Of a stretch of 64,000 nucleotides of DNA, positions 1-13,597 are shown piece by piece. Within the stretch, counting starts at the first letter, position 1, and every line of letters starts with the position of its first letter. The DNA lies in contig OZ059900.1 of NCBI GenBank assembly GCA_964057225.1, positions 14,012,001-14,076,000 of the forward strand, read 5' to 3'. The notes under the pieces are model-generated. The model was not told the DNA's origin. It saw nothing but the letters and a program-made list of their open reading frames with translations, and ran no database searches. The translations under genes and the position numbers were made by a program. Source of the DNA: Auanema rhodensis (Eukaryota; Animalia; Nematoda).

Positions 1-1909
1 GAAATAGAGAAGAAAACAGATGAAACAACAAATGAAAAAGCTGAAGTAATAAAAAAAGACAAAGAGTCAGAGGACAGCAATACAGAACTGTTACCTCGTG
101 GACCAGTTCGCAATGCAAGAAACTACGGTCCACATCATCATCCTTATCCATCAGGTAAAAAAGAAGTACTCTCTCTCCAAGCTATTCATATAAATTTTCA
201 GGTGAGCTTCAATATGGAACTGCCGCTTTGACCACAGTACAAGACTTCACAGCACTTTCCAATTTTGGAGGAGGTTATGAATGTGGTATAACATGGGAAG
301 ACTCACCTGACCGTGCTGGGTGAGAAACATAGTTTTAGCTGAAAGATATGGTTAATTTACAGATGCCTTTCACAATCATCCACCCCGGATACAATGTCCG
401 ATCAAGGATACTCTTCTTCGTCTCCAATACTCACATCACCCGGAATTCAAATACGTGAAAAACATGTTGTTACTCAAAGTAAGCGATAATCAGATTTATT
501 CAACTATTCATATCTTTAGAGCTGACAAGAGAATGTAAAGAACTTCCTGATACACTTGTTGACTTCATTCTCACTTTTTCCCGTAAGCAACATTGCCTAA
601 TAGCTGAAACTTTTCTATTCATATTACAGATACCGAAACTGATCGACCAAAATCAAATAACTCTGCTTACAATGAAAGCCCAGAAGGTCCTCTTGGATGT
701 CAAAGGTTGCCGTCTACGTCACCATTTCATTCAAACGCAAATATTTTTATAGTGGTCCTACGACTCCTCATTCTGTTCAAAACCGCAGCGTGAACCAGAA
801 AGGAAATCAACGAACAGCCTGCTTTGCTCTTCGTAGCAGCATACCAAGAGATAAATTCGAAGAAGCGTGGGCTTGGGCTTTGGTTAATCAAGAAGTAATT
901 GAAAAAAAAACTTTTTAATATAAGATTTATTAATATTAGATGATACTGGAAAACAAAGGAGATACAGATGGTGACACCCTGCTTCACATCCTCGTCTCTC
1001 AACAGGATAATGCTAAAGTATATGCTGCTATAGAACACCTGAGAAAGCATGACGTGGGAATTAACAGTCGTCAATACGACAAACCAAATAAGAATAATGA
1101 AACACCATTGTATATTGCAGTTTTACAAGGAAACCTTCATGTAATTCTTTCTGCTAAGTTAAATTCTTAAAGAAATATCTTTTCAGCTTGTCAATTATTT
1201 CTTGGAACTTGGCGTTGACACAAATATTCGCAGCTATCGTGGAGATCAAGATTCACCATTGCATAATGCTGCTGCTCGGGGTAATTTCGAAATTGTGAAG
1301 GTAATTTTAAATTTATTTTTATTACTTATTAGTCATCGATTTATAGAGTCTCTGCAATCATTCAAGCATTGATATCAATAAAGTAAATGCTCGTGGACAA
1401 ACACCGTTGCTTTGTGCTATCCGCAGTCATGGTGCAATAGATGAAGAATCAAGCTGCAAACTTGATAACAGCGATATCATCAAGTTTTTATTGAAAAAGA
1501 ACGCAGATTCTGCTATTGCCGTATGTTTTGAATGTCTAAATACTACATAGTTATTCAAAGAGTTAGTCTTTATTTTATTCATTTAGGATCACAATGGTCG
1601 TACGATTGTGCATTATATAATTGAAACCGGTGAACCAGAACTATTGGATGTAAACAAATATTCTAAAAGATGAAAATGTATTTGATATTTTAGCTTCTTC
1701 GCAGAAACGTTGATGATGGTAAAGTGACAACACTTGTGAACCAAGAAGATTATTCTGGCATTTGCCCAATGAAAATGATTCATAACATTCCTAATGTAAA
1801 AGATAGGTATGATTCAAATAATATATTAAATATTTCATATGTATTTTCAATAATTTTCAGAACAGCAATGGTTCTTCCAATGTTGACATGTGGAGCTGGT
1901 CTTCTCTAA
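1..1909 (+). CDS. IkB-like ankyrin-repeat protein (nfki-1/ikb-1-like), 5'-truncated, multi-exon
   Basis: Spliced exons give ankyrin repeats DGDTLLHILV, NETPLYIAVLQGN, DSPLHNAAARGN, GQTPLLCAIR, GRTIVHYII after an S/P-rich N-terminal part; GT-AG introns of ~45-55 nt; stop TAA at 1907-1909. Confidence 0.75.
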
Positions 1910-2937
1910 CTCCAAGAAGCTTTGCAAAAAAAAGAAAGAGAAACATATTGCAGAATATATAATCTTACAGAAAATATAATCAAAACAACAAATTCATCTA
2001 ATTACCGATCTCGTATAAATTTAAACAAAAGTTATTGTCACAAAAAATAAAGTTATTTGATATAAGGTTTTTATTTCTAATACATAGAAAAACAACTCAA
2101 AAATCCCGTCTGAATCACAAACTAAAAGGAAATTCTGAAGAAATTTTGAAATCATGATATATGTGATATCATTCTTTAATTATTTTTTCTCGAGGGAAGA
2201 GGAATGAAGATCATGCTGAAGGCAGATTCTGTTTTGCATTCAAATGATACTTTCTCTATGTTATAACAACAATTATTTTCTTATAGTCTTGTTTAAATAT
2301 AATTTATATTTTTTCAATCATGATAAAATGAAATTTCTGCTCTTGTATAAAAAATTTGCATAATTAGTTGATGAAACAAAACAAGGTTCAAGAACTGAAT
2401 TCGACAAACAAGAAATGTGAACATATATTCTATGTTTTCAACCTTGGAGAATAAGAAATATGTAGGTTTATCCTGAAGAAAACAGTTAGCATAACGTAGT
2501 TTATTTGGTTTTTATATTTATGTTTGAGCCAAGTTTCAGAAAACATATTGACAGACTGAAAAGATATTTTATAGGAATAGGACTGAAGGATTAAAAATTA
2601 CACGAATGTTTCATTGTAAAACTACAATATATATTCTCAAGCATTATCATGTTACAAGACAACAATGTGCAGTAGTCTGTGACTATATGTATCTCCTATG
2701 TTTGAAATAAATATCGAATAAACATATGTTCAGGTTTAATACTTACAAACAACGTTTTATCTTTGCCTATAGAATACATAATGTTTTTTTCTTTTAAGTT
2801 TTATAGTATTCTTTGATTGTAAAGTCTTGCAATTCATATTAAAACTTTTTATTTTTTGTTTAATTTTATTGATGTTAGCTCAATACGTTCAAGAAATATT
2901 TTGTAATCTAGACAAAAAATTTGCCATATGTGTTGTT

Positions 2938-3834
2938 TTATGAAAAGCTTTGATAATTTTGTTGAAGTGAGATGGAACCCTGAACATTCAAATAGCTGTT
3001 TCCGATTTCTTCGTTAACAACTGCTGTGGTTGGCGTTTGAACAATTGGTACTATTGGATAGTACTCTCGGGTAGGATGGTTTGTTGTACTCATCTATGAA
3101 TAAAAGCATAATAGTTCAATCTTATTAAGGACAAACCTTTGTAAGATTTCGAATAGCATTTTGTTCTGACAGTCGTTTGGCTTTAGTGCAAATGCTTATT
3201 CTTAACACAACACCATATGTGACCACGACGGAGCTTAATGATCCAAACACTGCAACATAATTTTACACAACTCGAATCAAAAACAAGAGAAAGGAAAAGC
3301 GATAAGAAGGTTTATCACTTAAAGTTCTAATTAAAATATATACCTAGCCATGCTGGAACATTGGCGTGTGTATTTTCACAGATTTTCCCATACGAGTTTC
3401 CCAAACAGAAACAAACTATTCCAGTATGATGTTCAGCGCATATACCACGAGAACTACAATTTCCTAATTGTTCAGTACATTTTCTTGGCTGCAGTAGCAT
3501 ATCACCATTCCTGAAGACAAATCAAAACGCAAATTGTTTACTATAGTTGTATAACAAACTCTAAGGTAGGCCAAATTGGATAAAATGCAATGGATGGCTG
3601 AGTTGAATCTTTGTACATTATCTTTCTATTTCCGGTCCCTTGATCCTAAGAGATGTAATTAGCTAATTTCATCCAATTGTTCTTATTTCTCCTTTTTTTG
3701 TTTTTTTTTTCTTTTATTTTTATTCGTAGTAATAAAAGACAGGTTTCTACCTATTATTCAAACTTACTTGCATTGCTGCGTTCAAAAAAAGACAGATGAA
3801 AAAGATATTGAAATAAATTGCCATGAATTGATAA
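2938..3834 (-). CDS. Small type I membrane protein with a single EGF-like domain
   Basis: Five exons splice in frame: signal peptide MAIYFNIFFICLFLNAAMQ, EGF motif CTEQLGNCSSRGICAEHHTGIVCFCLGNSYGKICE, hydrophobic WLVFGSLSSVVVTYGVVL followed by a basic stretch and a ~75-aa tail. Not in the ORF track because the exons are short. Confidence 0.7.
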
Positions 3835-4960
3835 AGAATATTATTGTTCAAAAATAACAGCTGAAACAAATGATTTTTGACATTTTACTCATATTTAATT
3901 TTAATTGATATGAACACATATTCATATATTAACTCATATCAACTTTCAAGAAACTATGAACTTAAGCTTAAAACATTTCAAATTGTAATTTGAAAGCCGA
4001 AAATTTCATACATCAGAAAAATTGCCGTAAGTTTAAGAACCACAACCACTTTTTAAAAACGAAAGCAATTCAGGTAGAATATTGAAAAGGTACTCTATGC
4101 GGGAAGTGGGAGGTGACACATGCCAGATACAATTGTATCCTTTTAAAAAGCTCACTTAGTTGTTATCTATAAAATAGCAGCTGACTTCAAAGAGTTAATA
4201 AGAGCACACAAGCTTTGGGCTACGATTTTGCATTTGATTTGTTTTATGATACTAAATATAATTCGTATTAGTCAAAAAAGAGTATTGAGAACGTTTTTGA
4301 ATTATTTCTTGATAATGATGAAAAGCTTTTTAATTTTATTATCAACTAAAATTTAGAAGGATATATGTAAGAAGGGGTGTTGAAAGTCACAACTATGACT
4401 TGAAGATTAGAAATAGTAGCGTAACATGAGCTTTCAAAGTCTTGCTGGCTAGTATAACTGTTTTGATTCAGTACCATTATGAATCAGTCATGTAGAATCA
4501 AAGACAAAAAAACTATAAGCCCGAAAAATTTTTATAATGATTCGATCTGCCTTGTTTCAAATCTGATGTCTATGATATATATAATATAATATGCTAAACA
4601 GAATGAATATCATCAATAAATCATTTGCTATATTCGAAACGAAAATTAAAATTTGACAAATGTCAATGCATAAGCTGCTTCTGAGCACTGGTTACTAGAG
4701 ATATATTTCATAGTTTCACAAAGTGCCAATACTAGCTCAGCGCTCCAAAATGTACATATATGTATTTGAACTTTTATTAAACACTCAAATTAAAACTAAA
4801 GTCCATTATATTGAAGTTAATGTTAAAAATGAAGCATTATTGTTATAAAGATTATCACGTTACTATCATATAAATAGTAAAAATCAGTTTAAAATGTCAG
4901 AAAAAAAAAACTTAAACAAATCAATCATATGTTATAATTTAAAAATAAATAAAAATATCA

Positions 4961-7900
4961 TTATTGGTTAGATAAGAGTCGTAATTGGCGTAAAATAGTA
5001 TCAAGTAATTTACGACGATCACCTTTGTTTATTCCGAAGAATCCAGTGTTTCGTTTCTCAAATTCAATCATTCTATATTGAAAGTTGTTTTTTACATAGA
5101 ATCTGGTATCTTTGACTCACTTTTCAAGAAATGTTATAGCAACAGAGGCTTTAACTCTGCCATATTTTCCGGTTTCTTGACCATATTCAGCTATGTAAGT
5201 TGTCCAGTCAGAGCTCATTACCAAGTCCAAAAGTTGTCTAAAAATAAATATATATATGGCGAGATTATCGATCAAAATACAACCTCAAATGAACAAATGT
5301 CATAGATAAAGCATTCTTTTCAAAACCTTCAACAGGGCACCGCATTGTAAACATTTCACATTGCATGACATCCAAACTAAATTGTTCTAAAGCTCCAGGT
5401 GAGACCGATCGTACTTCCGGTTGTAATACTAGTTCAGATAAACTATCTGATAAATGCTTACAGGCCTGGCAATAAATCTCAACAGTATATTAAAAATTGA
5501 GAACTTAAACACCTGCATGCAAACATGTCGACCAAGCGAAGCAGGCAAAACAGAAAAAGTAGTAAAAGTGGTAGACAAAAAATTAATAAGATCACTTATG
5601 TGATCCGAAGCTTGTCCTGAAAAAAAACAAAAACAAATTATTTAGCAAAGATAAAAAACCTGAAGATGCAGGCAACTCCCAATCATATTGAGCTAATTCT
5701 AAAAATTCATCAATTTTATCTCGAATACATTCCTCAATCAGTTGCTCAACCTGAAAAGAAAATAATTCAATTTTATAGTTATAATTATGAATAGCTTCAC
5801 TTCAATTCTGGCATCACTCAACACCCTTTCCGAAATTGGAAGTTGATGGCTTGTGGTTGTCATTGTACCTTCTCCACCTGTGGTTAACGCGGTAACATAT
5901 GTTCCTAATGATTTGCATGCTTTTTCCAAGAAACTCAGATTAATCGTTAATTGTATTAGCTGAACTTATATATTTAAAAATTAATATTTTCGAATACATA
6001 CTGTTGCGAGAGACTTCTTTCTGACTGCAAAACCTTTGATACTTCCCGACCAACGAGATAGAAGAACATTAGCATATCTGCAAAAACATGATTTAAAAAT
6101 GCAAAAACAATAACTATGTATATGATATTACCTACGAACTGTGTCATCAATTTCTGATTGGCTTAGTTGCAGATGCTCCATAAACCGCATGCAGCCAACA
6201 AGATAAGATTTTGCCTGGGTATAAACATTAATAACAAAATTAGAAAACGGAAAACGACGTGGGAACGGGCTCTAAAAATAACAATAACAATATCAAAGAA
6301 AAAGAAAACGAATTACTGAGTCCATCATTCTTTTGTTAGTGGGGAATTGTTTAACAATAGTGAAATATTCCTTTTGATTGTTTACGACTATGGGAGTATA
6401 GTTATCAGATTGTAGTTCTTTCTCAAATTGAGCACAATATTCACTCATTAATATTTCATTGTATTGATCTCTGAAAAAAAATTGGATTTTCCTTTTTGAG
6501 TAATAAAAAACTTTTTTTTACCTGAAATTTTGAAGTAGTACATATAATGGAGTAATGATATATGAATAAGACTTCATTGTAAGGGCAAACAACAAAATGA
6601 CTTTCTTAATTCGCAGCATCATTTCAACATCAGGACAACCTCCCTGCAAATTGAAAAAATTAACTTTTGCATGCTGAATTGGATTTTGATTGGATGAATT
6701 GATTTACTTACAAAACGTGTGTTCATTGTATGAATCACTTTTTTCAAAGCTTCATCCCATAGTTGATTTTTATGAGCAGAAGCTGCAAGTGAAGTTTCTG
6801 TCATAGAAATATGATCTTCTACAACGAAGAAACCAATAATTTCGTTCAAGTAGTCAACATAATTTTTAAGTGAAGACATCTGAAAAATCAAAAACCAATG
6901 TTTGGTGTTATACAAGCGATACCTTCGTTGGTGGTTCTATTACAACTTCACATTGTTCTTTGCGTTGCTCTCGGAAATATGATTCAAATTCATCTTTGTT
7001 ACCAAGGACAGTGAAGATTTGGCAGCACCTGATTATAGATCAAAAGTTATATCATGAATACATTGAAAAAATACCTGTGAATTGGGGTATAATCAATCAA
7101 ATCTTGAGCCGAAAGAGCTTCAGAGTCCTAAAAGGCGCGTTAAAGTTAATTTTCATCAAAACGCAGACAAACTTCTATTTTAACTTTGCTGTTTCTGTTT
7201 TTTATCGACTGTTTCTCATTTTTGCGTATAATGCTACCGTCTGCGGAAACTTCAATTTCCACTTCCGGCAAATCATTTCTCATATCAGATTTAGTTTTTT
7301 CAGGTTCACCTCCAAATGAATGTTGACGGGCAATCTAAATGTATTAACTGAAAATAGTTTGTGATGTCAACATATTTACATCGCGACTAGCATGACGTCC
7401 AACACGACCAGCAACTTTTTTTATGTGTTCCAGGAAATCTTTGAATTCTGAGTATGCTTCGTTCTTAATTTGTTTACGAATGGGAACCATGCTGTTAGCC
7501 AAGTTCTGAGTAAATCTATATTTTTCCGAAAGTGCAAAATGAGTATGATCCAACTCTTCTAAAACTTTTAATGCTTGGTAGTATCTAAAAGATATAATTA
7601 TTAAAAATCTCTGTTCGCTTCCAACTTCTTATCTTCCATGAGCTCATATAACTTTGCATAATTTTCTAACATTGGTAAACAGCTCGACACTTGATACATA
7701 GCTGTAGTCGCATTTTTAATAAGTTTTCTAAAAATAAAACTATAGTTATTTTAAAAATAATGAACCGTACCTATATTTTAAAATTTCTTGATTTTTCTTG
7801 AATATTTCTTGACTTTCTTGTTGAATATCATTATCTATAGTAACTGTTTTGCTCTGAAAGTTATTTTAGCAATAAGTAGTCAAGCATTTTTAGTTTTTAC

Positions 7901-8311
7901 TTTAATTTCAGCGCATTGCTCGCGTAAATTCAGTAGCATTTTCATAGAATCCACAAATTCTTTGTAATGAAATGAACAAACTCTCTCAATATTTTTGTTG
8001 TATTGTTGTATTCGATGTTCAAGTGCTCTGGTAAATTTGTTAATGTCTCCACAGTCATAAATAGCCCTTAATACATTATATAGACAAAAATAGAAGATTA
8101 TATTTACCTGAGTACCAAGCCCATGCTGTTAGCATCCGTTGTTTCGAGTTCGTAAAGAAAAAACTCTTGCTCAGCGGTCATTTCAGTATCTTAATACAAT
8201 CATTAATATTTACAATAACTTTGCATACAAACAAGATTGATAACAACTAGAAGCTGTGTCACTACTGCCTTGCATTGTATCAATTCCACTTTCTGTTGAC
8301 TGTTTATCCAT
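4961..8311 (-). CDS. sec-15: Exocyst complex component Sec15/EXOC6
   Basis: Multi-exon; recognisable segments EQEFFLYELETTD, IERVCSFHYKEFVDS, EIIGFFVVEDHI, FPRRFPFSNFV, GQASDHISDLINFL, KKLLDTILRQLR. Confidence 0.93.
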
Positions 8312-9780
8312 ATTTCTAAGATTATAGTTATATCATTATTGTACAAACAGAAAAAATAATAGCAATATTTAATTCAAAAAAAAACTAATACTACTATTTA
8401 CATGTAATTTTGTCAAAGAAACAAAGATTGCGCGCGTATCGTGTGAGAATTGTATTGGTATTACGTACGTCGAAATTGCGTACAATTTATTTATTTTTGT
8501 AAAGCTAGGCCATACCATTCGATTAATCTCAAAGTTAACCCTAGGTATAATGCTCTTTGATTAGAATGTTTTTACTCCAATTGAGATAGCACTGAGTTAT
8601 TGAATAGTCACATTAAATTTCACTTATAACCTTTTCTTAACTGTAATATTTGCATGTTTTTCTTGATTAGCTAAGAAGATAATAGAATTACATTGGCAAA
8701 AGAAATACATCCGTAGAGATTAATATATTGAGATTCGAAGATATTACTTGAGAGATTTGATAACGAGTTCAGTTCTGTAATACCTGATGTCATATTTTGT
8801 TGTGTGGAAATTTTGTCGTTCATAATTTATTATCTTTATTTTTATAAAATCCAAGTAATACAACAAAACATTTTTATTTCGGTTTTATTCCTAGTTTTTT
8901 TTCAATCAATGAAATAACATCAACCCGGAAGAAAGAACCATCCGCTAAACTCAAATACATATCTTCTACTTCTATTAGCTAAAAAGAATTAGCCAAACTA
9001 GCTCTTACTTGGCGAAAATTGAAATAAAATAAGTGATAAAAGAATTTGCTGTATTAAAAAATTAAGAATCAGAATTATCTAAATTTTATCTATCAGTATA
9101 CGACTCTCAAACAATAAAAACCAAACTTTAGTCATCATTTAATTTTCTTCTTTTATCATGATTCTTTCACTATTCTTTCTTATATTAATGATTGGAGTAG
9201 TGCCCTTTCTTGTTTCCTATGTCTTGCCATGTAAATTTTTTTTAAAGTCATAGAATTTGAAAATTCTTTTGAAATAAAGAAGATATTTTATGATAACCAA
9301 GTGAGACAATTGGAAATGGCATCATGCACAGCATTGTTAAAAAAATTGAAGAAAGAAAAGAACAAAACTTGATCACTGTCTGAAAAGCGAAATGATCTTT
9401 TTATAATCTACGACAGGTCTTCCAGTGCAAGTAAATACAATTGAGTACACTAAGCACCCTGAGAATTTAATACAGTTGACTACATATCTATCGTAAAGAT
9501 TGATTTGAGATTCCTTAATTTGAAACATTGATCATATATAATTTGAACTTATTTTCAAGTTCCAGAATCTATTCATTCAAGAGTTATCAAATAGAAGTTT
9601 AACAGCTATACATGAAGGCTAAAGGTGTAAAATCAATAACCCGTTTTATGACTGTTCAATCGGCTACGGACAGCGATAGTTTTGGAGATGTGTAATAAGG
9701 ACCAGAAGAAGGACAGAGAAAGCAATAGAAATTAATGATGAACAGGGTGGAACTATTTGCGAAAGACCTGGAGGTTAACA

Positions 9781-9788
9781 TATATAAA
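9781..9788 (+). promoter_or_regulatory. TATA box of the Gly-rich peptide gene
   Basis: TATATAAA about 49 bp upstream of the ATG at 9830. Confidence 0.55.
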
Positions 9789-9829
9789 GAGAGATGATTT
9801 CATCAAGTATCCACATAACAAACTTCAAT

Positions 9830-10231
9830 ATGAAGCTTACCATTTTTGTTCTTCTCGCTGTGCTCGCACTTGCTAGGTAAATTTAGGGTTCTTACTGTTT
9901 AGAGGTATTCAACCATTGTTTTAGCGCTGGTGTTCTTCCTCGTGTTGCCCGTCAAGCCGTTATTGAGAGAACAGTTATCACCAAGTCTGGACCAGGCTTC
10001 GGAAGACCAGGATTCGGATACGGTCCAGGTTATGGTTCTGGATCTGTCTACGGACCAGGAGGACACTTTGGTGGACCAGGATATGGAGCTGGACCAGGAT
10101 ATGGACCAGGACCAGGATACACCGGATTCAGACCACCAATTGGACCATGTAAAAATTGCTTTAATTAAATATAAATATATAATAATCTTTCAGCTACCGT
10201 CGTCAAGACTACCGTCATCCGTCACGGATAA
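9830..10231 (+). CDS. Glycine-rich secreted peptide precursor (antimicrobial-peptide-like)
   Basis: Three exons: MKLTIFVLLAVLALAS-AGVLPRVAR-QAVIERTVITKS-(GPGFG/GPGYG repeats)-STVVKTTVIRHG*. The ORF-track frame at 9930 is the wrong frame. Confidence 0.85.
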
Positions 10232-10354
10232 GTTTTCAATATCCTAATTGTATTTACTTTGTAATTCTTGTATATCCATATAAATTCCAAATAAGACAAC
10301 ATCATGCTTTTATAGCAGAATAAATATTTTTTTCTCATATTTTTATTTTTTAAC

Positions 10355-12073
10355 TTAACAAACAAAATTGAGAATAGGTTTTAAGATTGGAAAATATTTT
10401 CCGATCATACAATAATTATATGGTATAATAGCATTTGGTGGTAAAGGGTATTTGATATACTCATCTAAGAGAATAGTTGCTAGTTCAAGCCTACTAATAT
10501 TTTCAAAGTAACTCTTTTCGTATCCTCGTGTTTTGACAAGATTTGATGTTAAGTTATCAATAATATCTTCAATCGGAACTACGTTGTCGTGTGTTTTGTA
10601 CCTAAAATATCAGTAATAATTGTTTTTTTTTCTGTTTTCAATTTATGTTTTCATACCACTTTAAGAAGTGATCTTTTTTACTTTCCGTCTCAAAGCATCT
10701 TGCACGGAATATTACTGTCATTCTTAAATCATTTGTCTTATATCTGAAATACATAAATACGTTTAAGCATTGTGGTACATTCATCATCTACCTAGCGATT
10801 TCCTTTCCATCTACTAAAACAGCCCACTCATCATTACCTTGATAAGTTATGCGGTTATTGTTGGCAGTATTCAAAAACGGGGGTTTATGTGTTGGATGAT
10901 AAACGGTAGCTGTATGTACAACCTATAAACAAACTAACTATAGAGTTTTCTTAATTGTATTACTTTTGCTCCATCAATCATTGAACCAGCTTTAGAAAAT
11001 GGTTGTTCCATTCTAGGTTCCATTCCGTTTCTTTAATACACAGTATGAATTATAATAGTAAAAACGTTAAAACTCTACTCCATATGATAGAGGAATTGTC
11101 CACCTCGTTCCGTTGAATTCCAATCGTGGAAGTAAGTGACAACCTGAAAATTAGAAAACAAAATATATTGAAAATACGTTGTTTTACTTGAATTTGATCG
11201 ATAGCTTTATCTTGATATAAACCAGATGACTGCATTACAGCTAAAAGCCATTGTGGATATTGAAACCTTGTAGCATCTTCAAAGTAAACAGCATCAATAT
11301 GATAGGGTATTGTTTGACCAGGAACCTAAATTGGTTTTACTATCCAGTATAGAATGAATTAAATTACCTGTATGAAGATATTAAATTGAAAAGGATCTAA
11401 TACTTGTTTATTATCAGGACATATTTCCATAGCTTCTTTTAAAAGTCTCAAAAAAACATTCTCAATAGAAAAAGAACACGTTTAGTTCAAACCTTGGTGA
11501 TAAGAAAATATTTCTTATTTCTGGATACTGATTTATATCAAAAATGTATCGACCAAACGATTGTATGCGTGAGAATAAGTCTAAGAAACTTTCCTTCATT
11601 CCTTCAATACCTCCATACATCATGTAATGTCGGGCAATATCTACTCTACCAGGTAAAACACATAATGTTCTATTTCTGAAATTAAAAATAGATTAAAATT
11701 AAAGAAAAAATTAATTACTTATTAGGAACTAGAAACTGATTATCACATTTTCCGTTATCACTTATTTTTTCAGCTTCACCTATATGTTCATATACAGTGT
11801 CATAAAACTACAATGTTTGTGTTAGTTAATGCATATGTGGATACTGCTAACCTCTAAATCCTGATTATTAGATGGAAATTCTTTCATAGATTTAGCAGTT
11901 TTTAATAGGAAATCGGCTTCATCTTGGGTAATCATATCATGTATAAATTTAGCTTTATGCCGTAATAAATGATCTTGAATTTCTGTTAGTCTTGAATTTA
12001 TATTCAAATAATATAATAATATGGAAACAAATACAATGAATGATATACTTCTGTATGATAGTAGCACGCCCAT
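10355..12073 (-). CDS. Uncharacterised 2OG-Fe(II) oxygenase-like protein with N-terminal membrane anchor
   Basis: About nine exons splice to one ORF with an N-terminal hydrophobic segment, QVPGQTIPYHIDAVYF (HxD), RGGQFLY, DGAKVVHTA (distal His) and DLRMTVIFR (candidate 2OG-binding Arg). Confidence 0.7.
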
Positions 12074-12565
12074 TTCTTAATATAAAATTATTTAGCTTTT
12101 CCTTGAACAAACATACAACATTTACATATAAAAATGAAGAAAAAAGTAAAATACATTGAAGTCTGGAGAGCTTGATGCTGTTTTAACAGCCGTCTTGAGT
12201 GATAACATAGTAATTCTGAAAATTTATATTAATCATTGCGGAACAACGTAGTCTATTAAGATTAGAAATTTACGGAACTTCATTCATATCATAGCCATAA
12301 TAGAATATCAAATTGATTTCATTTTGGCCAAGCTCCATTATAGCATTGTTATCTATTACATTAGTATCTCAAATAATAATAAATGAAGTTTAAACTGATT
12401 CTTCATGTTAGAACTACTGAATAGATTGTGCATTTATTTATTTTGTTTGCATATCGTTGATCGTTTAAGATTAATAAAACTAGTCTTTGATGTTTTCGCA
12501 ACAATAGTCTTTAAATTTTACGTAATAACTCGTTTATTCCGAAATAAAAATAGTTGAAAATAACA

Positions 12566-13597
12566 TTAACGTCTTGTTCCGTCAGCAAAGAAAACTCCAC
12601 CGTCAACTGCGCAATAGGTGGGGCATATTCCATTTTCTCCTGCGGTGCCATCACATCCTGGTTCTCCTGGATTTCCAGGAGTTCCATCCTCACCAGGTTG
12701 GCCATTAGAACCTTTAGGACCTTTTGGTCCTCGTTTGCCTATATAATAATTACTACCTATATAAAGCATTTGATGAAAATACCTGGAGGTCCTGGACGTC
12801 CAGGACGACCATTTTTACCACTCTGTCCTGGAGGGCCAATTGGTCCTGCTGGTCCTGGTCCACCGGGAATTTCTTCATTGTGACCATTTTCTCCTGGCTG
12901 TCCTGGTGATCCCCGCTGTCCTGGTCTTCCTGGTCTTCCTCGTCTTCCTTTTCTTCCTGGTAATCCAGGTACTGCTTCGCCAGTTCCTGGTTGCCCAGGA
13001 GCTCCTGGTACTCCTGGATCACCTTCTTCTCCTGGAGTTCCAGGAGGTCCTTCTGGTCCAGCTGGACAAGGCTTACATGGAGGAGGTGTGGATGGATGAC
13101 AAGGTTGTCTAGGTGGCCGTCCAGGATTTCCTGGAATTCCATGAGCTCCTGGTTGTCCAGGCTTTCCAGGCTTTCCAGGAGTTCCTACAACACCAGGTGG
13201 ACCAGGTAAACAACATCCAGAACATGTATTAGGCTGTGTTTGATAGAAAGAAAGTGTTTCACTGGTATCATCTTTGGGCAGAACTGGCTCGTCAACATAA
13301 TTTGCTTGGCGAGCAGTACGATTTGAAACTATTTGGCGGATTTGATGAATGTTTGTGAAAATATTATCCGCAGAAGTCTGGAAGAAGTTATTAGATGATA
13401 TAAGTATTCAATTAGAATTTGTAACTTACTTTACAGTATTGGATTTCATGGTTAATAAACTGTTTGGTATGAGCCATATGGTTATATGCCATTGGTAAAG
13501 TGAGGCATATTGAGAGTAAGGCGACAACAGTAAAGGATAAAGTTGCATAAGCAACAACTTTGTATGCTTTTGAACGATTCGAGTTATGAGAATCCAT
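12566..13597 (-). CDS. Nematode cuticle collagen
   Basis: Col_cuticle_N (AYKVVAYATLSF...LPMAYNHM), RTAR furin site, CSGC-CLPGPPG, Gly-X-Y blocks, C-terminal CPTYCAVDGGVFFADGTRR*; two introns. Confidence 0.96.

Noticed and set aside
1-1909. IkB-like gene in a lineage lacking NF-kB
   Set aside because: Already known for C. elegans (ikb-1, nfki-1); not novel.
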